Shown here: in pieces, positions 28,690-37,891 of the stretch | How the letters are laid out: each line of letters begins with the position of its first letter | How positions within the stretch are numbered: the stretch's first letter is position 1 | NCBI GenBank assembly: GCA_046302715.1 | Contig: JBKCHQ010000174.1 | Location: forward strand, 1 to 58,878 | DNA: 58,878 nt | Source of the DNA: Bacteroidia bacterium | GTDB taxonomy: Bacteria > Bacteroidota > Bacteroidia > M30B66 | Reading direction: 5' to 3' | Translations under genes and position numbers: made by a program | The notes under the pieces: model-generated | Database searches by the model: none | The model's input: only the letters and a program-made list of their open reading frames with translations | Told to the model about the DNA's origin: nothing

Positions 28690-30564
28690 ATGTACACTAT
28701 TCAGGAGCTTAATGCCAAATTAGTTGGCGAATTGCGTGAGATTGCCACAGAACTAAAAGTATCAAAAGCAGATTCACTAAAAAAGAATGAACTGATTTAC
28801 AAAATACTTGACGAACAAGCTATAAAACCGGAGCTTGCTCAAAAATTAAGAAAGCCTCAGGCTGCGGTACCCCCAAGGCCAGCTGCTAAAAATGAGCCTC
28901 ATGTAATGGCCAAAAAAGAAGCGCCATCCGAGGTTAAGCCAGAAACCGCCGATAATAAAAGCAAACGCCCTCGAAAAGCTACAGCTCAGCAAGAAATTAA
29001 AGTCGAAGAAAAGCTGCAAACAGCTCCTGCATCGACCTCGCCAGCAGGAAATAAAGATCCCAGAAAAAGGAGAAGCCCCGAACAGGAACGCCCAAAGGCT
29101 CTTAGCACTGAAAGTGCAAGCGCCGAAAATACGACAGGTACTCCTCCCCATAAAAGAGTGGTTTATGGAAAAGGCGATGGCAGTTTATCGAACTACCAGC
29201 CACCTGCACAGCCCGAAACACCGGCTACACCTCCAACGCCACCCGCGCAGCAGGTTGCACAACAGCCTTCCACGTCAGGCGTGGTGGCGCCTCAGCAACA
29301 ACATCAGCACCGCGAACGCCAAAATTGGCAAGGTAACCGCGAACGCCAGCAAGGCTTTCAGCGTAATCCCAACATGCCCAATCGCCCAAATCAGGGAAAT
29401 GTAACTCCCGCCGAGTCGAACCCCTTGAACGAGGCATTTAATAACGAAGATCTTTTGGTGAGCACCGAGGGAGTTATTGAACTTATTCCCGAAGGATATG
29501 GCTTTCTGCGTTCATCCGACTATAATTACCTGCCCTCACCCGATGATGTGTATGTATCGCAATCGCAGATTAAGCAATACGGCTTAAAAACCGGCGATAC
29601 CGTTAACTGTTCGGTTAGAGCACCGCGCGAAGGAGAAAAGTACTTCCCTCTGGTTAAAATCAATCTTATCAACGGACGCGAGCCGGCTTCGGTACGCGAC
29701 CGAGTTCCATTTGATTATTTAACTCCCATGTTCCCCGATGAGAAATTAAAACTCACCGGACACAAACACGGAACTTTGTCGACCCGTGTAATGGATCTTT
29801 TCACCCCCATCGGTAAAGGTCAACGAGGTCTCATCGTAGCGCAACCCAAAACGGGTAAAACGGTATTGCTTAAGGAAGTGGCCAATGCCATTGCCGATAA
29901 CCATCCTGAAGTTTACCTCATTATCCTTTTGGTGGATGAACGTCCCGAAGAAGTTACCGATATGGCCCGCAGCGTGCGAGCCGAAGTAGTTTCCTCAACG
30001 TTTGATGAACCTGCCGACCGCCACGTGAAAATAGCCAACATCGTTCTCGAGAAAGCAAAGCGCATGGTTGAATGTGGGCACGATGTGGTAATTCTGCTCG
30101 ACTCCATTACACGACTTGCTCGCGCCTACAATACGGTTCAGCCTGCATCAGGAAAAGTACTTTCGGGCGGTGTGGATGCCAATGCCTTGCATAAGCCTAA
30201 ACGTTTCTTCGGTGCAGCTCGTAAAATCGAAAATGGCGGATCACTTACCATTCTTGCCACAGCGCTTATTGATACCGGCTCTAAGATGGATGAGGTAATC
30301 TTCGAAGAATTTAAAGGAACCGGAAACATGGAGTTGCAGCTCGACCGCAAACTGGCCAATAAGCGAATATTCCCTGCCATCGACTTAATTGCATCTTCTA
30401 CACGACGCGACGATCTCTTGGTGGACAAAGAGACCCTCCAACGTATGTGGATTTTACGCAATCATTTAGGCGATATGAATACGGTCGAGGTGATGGAATT
30501 CATCCGCAGCCGCATGAACAATACCAGTAGTAATGAGGAATTCCTCATCACGATGAACAGCTAA
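28690..30564 (+). CDS. rho: Transcription termination factor Rho with long N-terminal insertion
   Basis: [41 protein letters not shown]. Confidence 0.97.
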   Translation: MYTIQELNAKLVGELREIATELKVSKADSLKKNELIYKILDEQAIKPELAQKLRKPQAAVPPRPAAKNEPHVMAKKEAPSEVKPETADNKSKRPRKATAQQEIKVEEKLQTAPASTSPAGNKDPRKRRSPEQERPKALSTESASAENTTGTPPHKRVVYGKGDGSLSNYQPPAQPETPATPPTPPAQQVAQQPSTSGVVAPQQQHQHRERQNWQGNRERQQGFQRNPNMPNRPNQGNVTPAESNPLNEAFNNEDLLVSTEGVIELIPEGYGFLRSSDYNYLPSPDDVYVSQSQIKQYGLKTGDTVNCSVRAPREGEKYFPLVKINLINGREPASVRDRVPFDYLTPMFPDEKLKLTGHKHGTLSTRVMDLFTPIGKGQRGLIVAQPKTGKTVLLKEVANAIADNHPEVYLIILLVDERPEEVTDMARSVRAEVVSSTFDEPADRHVKIANIVLEKAKRMVECGHDVVILLDSITRLARAYNTVQPASGKVLSGGVDANALHKPKRFFGAARKIENGGSLTILATALIDTGSKMDEVIFEEFKGTGNMELQLDRKLANKRIFPAIDLIASSTRRDDLLVDKETLQRMWILRNHLGDMNTVEVMEFIRSRMNNTSSNEEFLITMNS

Positions 30565-30567
30565 AAA

Positions 30568-31080
30568 ATGACTCCCGAAACCCGCGGTGCACTTTTCGTA
30601 TTGGCCCTTTCGGTAATCTGGAAAACCTTGCTGCTGCTTACCGGCTGGGTGGATGGTTTTTTGGGTAAATTTCCGCTACTCGCTATTCTTGCCTTTTTGC
30701 TTATTGGAATGTTTCGCAGCATGGAGGCCCGACGCAAGCTTTCGTATCCCGATGGCATTGCCTTTCTTCCGGCCTTTAAAGCGGGAATGTCGGTAAACGC
30801 CTTGTTTTCGTTGCTCTACTCACTGTTCATGTACTTTTATCTTTTCGTGCTTGATACAGCATTCAAAATGCGCTTTGTAAACCAGCGTGTGGCCGATATG
30901 GTAAACGATAAAACGTCGCCCGAGGCCATAGAAGCCTGGAAAAAAAGCACTGCTTCGTTCCCTTTTGAGATGATGTGGATGCTGTTTACGTTTATTGGGG
31001 TTCTGGTAATCGGTACGTTTTATGCGGCAATGACCGCGAGAATGATGGCGCGGAAGTATCCGATTGGAAAACTGAAATAA
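30568..31080 (+). CDS. DUF4199-like four-TM membrane protein
   Basis: 170 aa, 4 hydrophobic segments, F..AFKAG motif; 3 nt after rho stop. Confidence 0.7.
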   Translation: MTPETRGALFVLALSVIWKTLLLLTGWVDGFLGKFPLLAILAFLLIGMFRSMEARRKLSYPDGIAFLPAFKAGMSVNALFSLLYSLFMYFYLFVLDTAFKMRFVNQRVADMVNDKTSPEAIEAWKKSTASFPFEMMWMLFTFIGVLVIGTFYAAMTARMMARKYPIGKLK

Positions 31081-31208
31081 CAGGTGTAATTAAATTTCAA
31101 TATTTACGGTACACGTCCCATAAGGCAGCCAGACAATTTACCCAGACGCCCCACCTAAAATTATTCAGCGCCTAACAGCCATTTGCAGGCCCGACTAAGT
31201 ACAAAGCC

Positions 31209-32816
31209 TCACAAATCCCTGCCACACATTTGGCATTTTTGCTGTTTACAGGCACATGATGCGCATAGCCCATACATGCCGCTGCTGGTGCCCTTACCAC
31301 ACGATCCACACACCCCAATATCGTCGGTTACCGATCGGTCCTTGTGCGACGAACAAAGAAATCCACCGCCCCAGTTCTGGTTTGGGCACTCCACTTTAAA
31401 CTTAAAACGCTTCCCTTTTTCGTCGTAATGCTTGGGTTTTCCGAGAGCCCGGTCACCTTTATAGGATTGCTCCGTGGCCAGTTTTCCATTTTCATGATAG
31501 GTGCGCCACAGTCCATCGCGCAAGCCCATGGCATACGTTTCCTCACGAATCAAAACGCCCTCTTCGTTCCAGTAACGACATAGGCCATTGAGAATGCCGG
31601 CTCCCGACATTAACTCATCATCAACTGCAAAGGACAAGTGACTTGGGATACTCGAATCCACATGTGCAAACGAAAGTTCTTTGAGCAACACGCCCTGTGC
31701 ATTCCAATGCCGGTAGGTGTCAACCATAAAATCGTTTCGAAAAACTGCAGTACTAGCGGTTTTTCCATTTGCATAATAGCTGGTATACGGTCCGTCTAAA
31801 AGCAGTTTAGGTTCGGCTCGCTGGTTCGTCCACAAAAAGCTGTATTCCGATTCCAAGCCCCCAGCGCGATAAAAAGTACTGCGATGATAGCGATTGGTAT
31901 CTTGGCTATTGCGCACTGTACGCGAACGAAGCGCTGTTTTATCGCTGTCGAAATATCGTTTTTCTTCGCCCATTACACGTCCATCGAGGAGGCTCAATTC
32001 GACATAGCCTTGATCGAACATCGGGAAATTCCCGGCAATGGAACCGCTGCTGTTAAATACCGTTTGCTTGCCATCCTCGTCCCAGGCCTCCACAATTTTA
32101 TCCAATTGATTTGCGCGCACTATCCGAGCCTTCATCCGACCGGTTTTGGGATAATACAAATGAAGCGAGTCGTAATAGCTCGACCATTGGTTATCGGTAA
32201 AATGCACCTCACTCAGGAGACCTTCTTCGGTATAATGCTTCGACCAACCTATGTTTACACCATTTACGTAGTTAACCTCGAATTTGGGTTTTCCTGAAGG
32301 GAACTCACCATGCCAAACACCATGCGGAAATTCTTTCTCATCCAATTCGCCCGTGGTTTTTACTGCTCCGTTTTCGTAATACAACGATACCACTCCACAA
32401 ATCTGACCCTTGCAATAATTCACTTCCAATGCAACCTGGCCATTGAGATGATACTTTCGCCAAGTTCCAACACGCATAAAATCTACCATTTGCCCTTCGG
32501 CCCACAGCACGCTGTCGATTTTCGGGTTACCCAGTTTGTCGGCAAAAAAGAACTCCCGATGCGTAAGCCAGCCCTTCACCTTACCGGTTCTAAATTGCGT
32601 GGTGCCGTGGGGAAAGTTGAAGCGAGCGCGGCTGCCTTCGGTCCAGTAGGTGCCGTTAAATGCCTCGTCGTGTTCGTAATGATTGGCATAATAGGCAATT
32701 TGCAGGAGCGAGTCCTCCCCTTGTTTTTTAAGCCAGAATTTGGTTTGAGCCGATGCTTGTTGGGCAAAAACTGAAGAAAACAGAATACAAAAAACAACTT
32801 TAATAAAACGCCGCAT
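31209..32816 (-). CDS. Exported MORN-variant (YwqK-like) repeat protein with C-terminal Cys-rich CRIPT-like domain
   Basis: Signal peptide (ASA|Q); repeats such as GTWRKYHLNGQ, YYENGAVK, GPYTSYYANGK, DGLWRTYHENGK; terminal CSSH..CGSC..CASC..CQMC. Confidence 0.85.
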   Translation of the reverse strand: MRRFIKVVFCILFSSVFAQQASAQTKFWLKKQGEDSLLQIAYYANHYEHDEAFNGTYWTEGSRARFNFPHGTTQFRTGKVKGWLTHREFFFADKLGNPKIDSVLWAEGQMVDFMRVGTWRKYHLNGQVALEVNYCKGQICGVVSLYYENGAVKTTGELDEKEFPHGVWHGEFPSGKPKFEVNYVNGVNIGWSKHYTEEGLLSEVHFTDNQWSSYYDSLHLYYPKTGRMKARIVRANQLDKIVEAWDEDGKQTVFNSSGSIAGNFPMFDQGYVELSLLDGRVMGEEKRYFDSDKTALRSRTVRNSQDTNRYHRSTFYRAGGLESEYSFLWTNQRAEPKLLLDGPYTSYYANGKTASTAVFRNDFMVDTYRHWNAQGVLLKELSFAHVDSSIPSHLSFAVDDELMSGAGILNGLCRYWNEEGVLIREETYAMGLRDGLWRTYHENGKLATEQSYKGDRALGKPKHYDEKGKRFKFKVECPNQNWGGGFLCSSHKDRSVTDDIGVCGSCGKGTSSGMYGLCASCACKQQKCQMCGRDL

Positions 32817-32934
32817 GTAAATGTAAAAGTAGCGCTAAGTTAAATCATCCTAACATTACTGTGTGGCACTTGGGATTGAGCACTGCAGCATTCTTATGGA
32901 ATTAGGAATTGTTTGAGTAGGTGCTCAGGCTGCG

Positions 32935-32942
32935 CAAATTTA
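32935..32942 (-). promoter_or_regulatory. -7 promoter element TAAATTTG upstream of the MORN gene
   Basis: TAnnTTTG followed by CGC, 118 nt upstream of ATG. Confidence 0.5.
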
Positions 32943-32969
32943 TTCGACAAATAATCAACGCCAATGCGT

Positions 32970-33311
32970 TCAATTATCTTTGCATAACATAGAAATAACA
33001 TTCTTTTGAAGCTCTATAATTTCTTTAAGGGCGTGATTTTCGCGACGGAGAAATTCGATTTCGAGTAATTGTATTTGCCCCAGATCGGGATTTAGTTCGG
33101 TATTAAAACGCTTAGAGAGAAACTGCTCATCTTCTGAAACCAGCGAGAGGCCAATGCGCCTTGAAATGTCATAATAGGTTAAGTCGTTAACCTTGCCGTT
33201 TTTTTCGATATACGAAATGAGCGACCGTGTTTTGGAGAGCATGCGAGCCAGCTCGGCCTGGCTTATGCCGAGCTCTTCTCTTCGCTTTCGTATGCGATCT
33301 CCACGATTCAT
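32970..33311 (-). CDS. XRE/Cro-CI family HTH regulator with C-terminal coiled coil
   Basis: GDRIRKRREELGISQAELARML..TRSLISYIEKNG; EIEFLRRENHALKEIIELQ tail; ATG 33311 preferred. Confidence 0.85.
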   Translation of the reverse strand: MNRGDRIRKRREELGISQAELARMLSKTRSLISYIEKNGKVNDLTYYDISRRIGLSLVSEDEQFLSKRFNTELNPDLGQIQLLEIEFLRRENHALKEIIELQKNVISMLCKDN

Positions 33312-33641
33312 AATACAAATGTGAAACACTGTTTGTAAAATATCTTCGACAATTTGCTTGACGTTCAAACACCAGGGGAAACAATACCAAAATAACCAAT
33401 ATTAAACCTTTGTGTATCATTATTTTACTTTTTACAATTCATATTTAGACAAAATTGTTTTGCAAATGTCAAATTTATGTCAAATATTTGCGCCGTTTAT
33501 ATATGTTTTAGTGCTTCAACCATTTGTAAGTTATTCAACTCTTTAAACATCTTTAGAGTTAATTAGATTTTTAAAACCTAAACCTCAGCAAAAAGCCTAG
33601 AAACTAATAAAATAAATCCAACAAAACCCAATCTAAATAAC

Positions 33642-34124
33642 ATGAAATTTGTCATTTTACTTTCTTTTTCCATAGTTTTATTGTTTCCTACCTCATGCAC
33701 CTCCGTAAAGCAAATAGGTAAAATAAATATGATATCGAATCGCAATGTAGATTCAAATTTAGATTACGGATTAATTGCAAGCTATTCTGGCGGAACTAAA
33801 CGTGAGTTAAAAAAATCAAGAGCACTCACGGTTGAAGATGCTGTTGACCAGACGGTTCGAAAAGTACCAGGAGGTGAATTTCTTATGAATTCAAAAGTAT
33901 ATTTAGTTAAGAATAAATATTTTGCGGTAGAAGGCGATGTTTGGGGTGTTAAAGCAAACGCAACTTACAGGGGCTTTAAAGTTGGAGATAAGGTTATTAT
34001 TGATGGAGTATTAAATACCATTGCAACCATAAAGTCTCTTAAGGATGACAAAACGTGTTTTATTGAAAGAATTAATGGTTTAATAGAGGAAATTAAATAT
34101 GACCGCTTGAGTAAAGCCGAATAA
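33642..34124 (+). CDS. Hypothetical lipoprotein
   Basis: 160 aa; signal ending PTS-C; visibly AT-richer than flanking genes; C-terminal FKVGDKV (KOW/SH3-like). Confidence 0.75.
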   Translation: MKFVILLSFSIVLLFPTSCTSVKQIGKINMISNRNVDSNLDYGLIASYSGGTKRELKKSRALTVEDAVDQTVRKVPGGEFLMNSKVYLVKNKYFAVEGDVWGVKANATYRGFKVGDKVIIDGVLNTIATIKSLKDDKTCFIERINGLIEEIKYDRLSKAE

Positions 34125-34202
34125 CTCTCTCCACATTTTTATCACAAAATCTGGGTAAGGATAAAACAAATACCCATCATTTAAACAACTCTGCTTTCCC
34201 AT

Positions 34203-35177
34203 CTACAGATACCGCTCGGCAATTTGTATCGCATTGGTAGCGGCGCCTTTACGAAGGTTATCGGCCACAATCCACAAATTGAGCGTTTTAGGATGGCTTT
34301 CGTCGCGGCGCAAACGCCCCACAAAAACTTCGTCTTTTTCGTGTGCGTTGAGCGGCATCGGATAGATGCGCTGTTCGGGGCGATCCATTAGCACAAGTCC
34401 TGGCATGGCCTGCAGTTTTTGACGTACATCTTCTAATTCAAAATCATCGAAAAACTCCACATTTACCGCCTCCGAATGTCCGCCAATTACCGGAATACGG
34501 ACCGTGGTAGCCGTAATACCCATGCTTGGGTCGCCCAGAATTTTTCGGGTTTCGTTCACCATCTTCATTTCTTCTTTGGTGTAGCCGTTATCGGTAAATA
34601 CATCTACCTGCGGAATTACATTTAAATCAATCGGGTAGGGATACACCATCTCGCCCTCCGTGCCGGTACGCTCATTCATAAGTTGCTGCACGGCTTTCAC
34701 GCCTGTGCCGGTAACACTTTGATAAGTTGATACTACAATGCGTTTAATTCGGTAGGCATCGTGTAAAGGTTTTAGGGCCAGTACCATTTGTATGGTGGAG
34801 CAATTGGGGTTGGCAATAATCCAATCGTTGGGCCCGAGCAAATGCCCATTAACTTCGGGCACGATGAGTTTTTTATCCACATCCATGCGCCAGGCCGACG
34901 AATTATCGATAACCCGAATGCCGGCTGCTGCATACCGCGGCGCCCATTCAAGCGAAGTAGCGCCACCAGCCGAAAACAGGGCTATTTCGGGCTTTTGCCG
35001 TATGGCATCTTCATGCGAACACACCGAATAGGAGCGACCATTAAAAGATAGTTCTTTCCCAATCGATTTTTCGGAGGCTACAGGAATTAGCTCATCAATC
35101 GGAAAGTTTCGTTCGGCCAACACCTGCAACATTTTTGAACCTACAAGACCGGTTGCCCCTACTACGGCAATTTTCAT
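34203..35177 (-). CDS. asd: Aspartate-semialdehyde dehydrogenase
   Basis: MKIAVVGATGLVG, DNSSAWRM, ANPNCSTIQ, DNLRKGAATNA; TAAATTTG at 35223-35230 supports ATG 35177. Confidence 0.96.
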   Translation of the reverse strand: MKIAVVGATGLVGSKMLQVLAERNFPIDELIPVASEKSIGKELSFNGRSYSVCSHEDAIRQKPEIALFSAGGATSLEWAPRYAAAGIRVIDNSSAWRMDVDKKLIVPEVNGHLLGPNDWIIANPNCSTIQMVLALKPLHDAYRIKRIVVSTYQSVTGTGVKAVQQLMNERTGTEGEMVYPYPIDLNVIPQVDVFTDNGYTKEEMKMVNETRKILGDPSMGITATTVRIPVIGGHSEAVNVEFFDDFELEDVRQKLQAMPGLVLMDRPEQRIYPMPLNAHEKDEVFVGRLRRDESHPKTLNLWIVADNLRKGAATNAIQIAERYL

Positions 35178-35245
35178 ATTTATTTGTGATTTTATTAAAC
35201 CGAAATCAATTAATTTGCAATACAAATTTACCCATTCACACATTC

Positions 35246-37882
35246 ATGCCTACCCCAATCCGATTAATTATTCTCATTTTGCTGTGCGTTTTCAATTTCT
35301 CTGCAAACGCACAACTGGTAGAGAATTTTTCGGACGGCGAAATCAGCCAAAATCCAACATGGGCAGGCGATACAGACGAGTTTATCGTGGATGCATCCTT
35401 ATTGCTTCAGAGCAACGGCGATACCATCAGTTCAACGACTCGCGAAATTTACATCTCCACGCCATCCACAGCGCTGGTAAACGCGCAGTGGGAGTTTTTC
35501 GTAAATCCCAAGGTCTCCACATCCTCCAATAACCGCATGGATGTTTTTTTAACGTCAAACAGCGACAACCTTACCGGCGACAACCAGGGATATTTTGTAC
35601 GCATCGGTGGTACCCCCGACGAAGTGGCCCTTTTCCGTAAAGATGGAGCAGGGGCTGAAAACTACGTAATAACAGGTGTTACAGGGTCTATTAATAGTTC
35701 GTCAACAAACCCAACTAAAATTAAAGTTACCCGAGATGTAAACGGTTTGTGGAGTTTGTATGCCGATTATGAAGGAACGGGCTTATTATTTAATCTTGTA
35801 GGTAGTGCCAATGATTTAACCTATACGAGTTCGACGCATTTTGGTTTGGTAGTGCGCTATTCCAATTCAAACAGGCAGAAATACTACATGGATAACATTG
35901 CCGTTGGAGACATTGTTGTTGATACACAAGCGCCTACAGTTTTGCAACTTAATGTGGTGGGGCCGCAGGAGCTCGAAGTGGTTTTTTCAGAGATTGTTGA
36001 TCAAACAAGTGTCGAAAATGTGGGTAACTATTCAGCGGATGGAGGCCTGGGCCAACCCTTGGCGGCGGTGCGCAATAGTGCATTGTTTCAGCGGGTCAAT
36101 CTTCAATTTGCAAATCCCTTTGCCCAGGGTCAAACGTACATTTTATCTCTTTCAAATGTAAACGATCTTGCCGGTAATGCGTTGGCCCCTGTAACTCTCA
36201 ATTTTGTTTATTACAAGGCTAAGCCGTATGATGTGGTGATTAACGAAATAATGGCCGATCCTACGCCCGTGGTGCTTCAGCCCGATGTGGAATGGATTGA
36301 ATTACACAACCGAACGGCTTTTCCGCTCAACCTTAAAGATTGGTTTATTCAGGTTAATTCTACCATTCGACCCATTACAAACACCGCAGTAATTCTACCC
36401 GATAGCTTTTTGGTTTTAAGCAATCTGGCTGGTTTTGAGGCGTTATTCGCTACAGCTGCTGTTACGGAGGTTGCCAGTTTTCCGGCCCTCACCAATACGG
36501 GCGCCAGCATTCGACTGCTCGATCCCGATTCGGTAGTGATCTCAGCGGTTACCTATAGCGACCAATGGTACAACAATTCGGTTAAGTACGAAGGGGGATG
36601 GTCGCTCGAACAAATTTCAGTTCTAAAACCGTGCGAAGGGGCGACAAACTGGACCGCCTCCAATCATCCAAGTGGTGCAACACCGGGCAGAACCAACTCG
36701 GTTAACTCCCCAATTGCAGATGAAAGCCTGCCCGAAATTGAGCGTGTGGTATTGTTGGCAAACGACACCCTCAGGGTTTTTTTCAACGAAACGGTAACCG
36801 AAGCTTCTTCGATGGAGCCGTTTTCATATATCATCGATAATGGGGTCAATAATCCTTTGTCGATTGAAACGTTTCCACCCGATTTCAAATCGGTAAAACT
36901 CACCCTGGCTGCGCCGCTTTTAGAGGGCGTAATTTATACCCTAACGGTTTCTTCGCCTATAAGCGACTGCTCGGGCAATATCGTTAATTCCAATATTACC
37001 AGACAATTTGCTATTCCCGAACCACTTCAGCCCGGCGACATCGTAATTAATGAAATACTTTCTGATCCTTCCGAAGAAGGGGTCGACTACGTAGAGTTAA
37101 TAAATCGTTCGGCCAAAGTGCTGGATTTGGGTGAACTGTATTTAAGTAATGAAGACACCATTGGACAAACGCTTGAAGATGTTACTCCTATAGCCCCCGA
37201 CCGCTATCTTTTGTTCCCGGGATCGTATATTTTGCTAAGCGAGGATCCCGAGAAGGTTAAAAACGAATATTTCCCAGAAAACCTCAACGCATTTTTAAAG
37301 GTTGAGGATTTCCCTGCCTACAATAATGAATCAGGAATTGTGGTGCTATCCAAACAAAACGACCCTGTTTACATCGATCGTGTTGTTTATGATGCAGAAA
37401 TGCATTTTGCCCTGTTAAATTCTACCGACGGCGTGAGTTTGGAGCGCATTAATTTTGATCGGCCATCAGACGATCGAAGCAATTGGACCTCGGCAGCAAC
37501 CGATCGTGAGTTTGGAACTCCGGGCTACCAAAACTCTCAGTTCGCTTCGTTGTTTACCCCTCAAGAGGGAGAACTGGAAATTAGGCCAGAAGTATTTTCT
37601 CCCGATAACGATGGTTATGATGATGTAGTTACCGCATATTACAGCTTTGAAAAGCCCGGCTTCACGGGTTCGCTTTCAATCTTTGATCAAAAAGGTCGCT
37701 TAGTAAAAACGCTTATAAAATCGGCACTTTTTGGTACGGAAGGAATCATAAGCTGGGATGGAATTACAGACAGCAACACGAAAGCCTCAATTGGTATGTA
37801 TATTTTATATTTGGAAGCGTTTAATACCTCTGGCGCTATCGTTAAGTTGAAAAAGCCAGTTGTCGTGGCCAGTAAATTTTGA
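35246..37882 (+). CDS. Secreted lamin-tail-domain protein with Ig-like domains and gliding-motility (type B) CTD-like C-terminus
   Basis: Signal peptide from MPTPIR; two LTD motifs (VINEIMADP..EWIEL; INEILSDP..DYVEL), TPG..NS, FSPDNDGYDD...WDG. Confidence 0.85.
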   Translation: MPTPIRLIILILLCVFNFSANAQLVENFSDGEISQNPTWAGDTDEFIVDASLLLQSNGDTISSTTREIYISTPSTALVNAQWEFFVNPKVSTSSNNRMDVFLTSNSDNLTGDNQGYFVRIGGTPDEVALFRKDGAGAENYVITGVTGSINSSSTNPTKIKVTRDVNGLWSLYADYEGTGLLFNLVGSANDLTYTSSTHFGLVVRYSNSNRQKYYMDNIAVGDIVVDTQAPTVLQLNVVGPQELEVVFSEIVDQTSVENVGNYSADGGLGQPLAAVRNSALFQRVNLQFANPFAQGQTYILSLSNVNDLAGNALAPVTLNFVYYKAKPYDVVINEIMADPTPVVLQPDVEWIELHNRTAFPLNLKDWFIQVNSTIRPITNTAVILPDSFLVLSNLAGFEALFATAAVTEVASFPALTNTGASIRLLDPDSVVISAVTYSDQWYNNSVKYEGGWSLEQISVLKPCEGATNWTASNHPSGATPGRTNSVNSPIADESLPEIERVVLLANDTLRVFFNETVTEASSMEPFSYIIDNGVNNPLSIETFPPDFKSVKLTLAAPLLEGVIYTLTVSSPISDCSGNIVNSNITRQFAIPEPLQPGDIVINEILSDPSEEGVDYVELINRSAKVLDLGELYLSNEDTIGQTLEDVTPIAPDRYLLFPGSYILLSEDPEKVKNEYFPENLNAFLKVEDFPAYNNESGIVVLSKQNDPVYIDRVVYDAEMHFALLNSTDGVSLERINFDRPSDDRSNWTSAATDREFGTPGYQNSQFASLFTPQEGELEIRPEVFSPDNDGYDDVVTAYYSFEKPGFTGSLSIFDQKGRLVKTLIKSALFGTEGIISWDGITDSNTKASIGMYILYLEAFNTSGAIVKLKKPVVVASKF

Positions 37883-37891
37883 ATTTTCGCT

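Noticed and set aside
31209-31388. Multiheme cytochrome c
   Set aside because: None of the CxxC pairs is followed by His
31209-32816. YwqK-type toxin-antitoxin module
   Set aside because: No adjacent toxin or Rhs gene; MORN repeats alone are generic
32864-32879. TGGCAC-N6-TTGA as a sigma54 promoter
   Set aside because: Spacing is off by one and it points away from any gene start
32970-34124. Prophage or integrative element remnant
   Set aside because: No integrase, structural genes, tRNA target or flanking direct repeats seen
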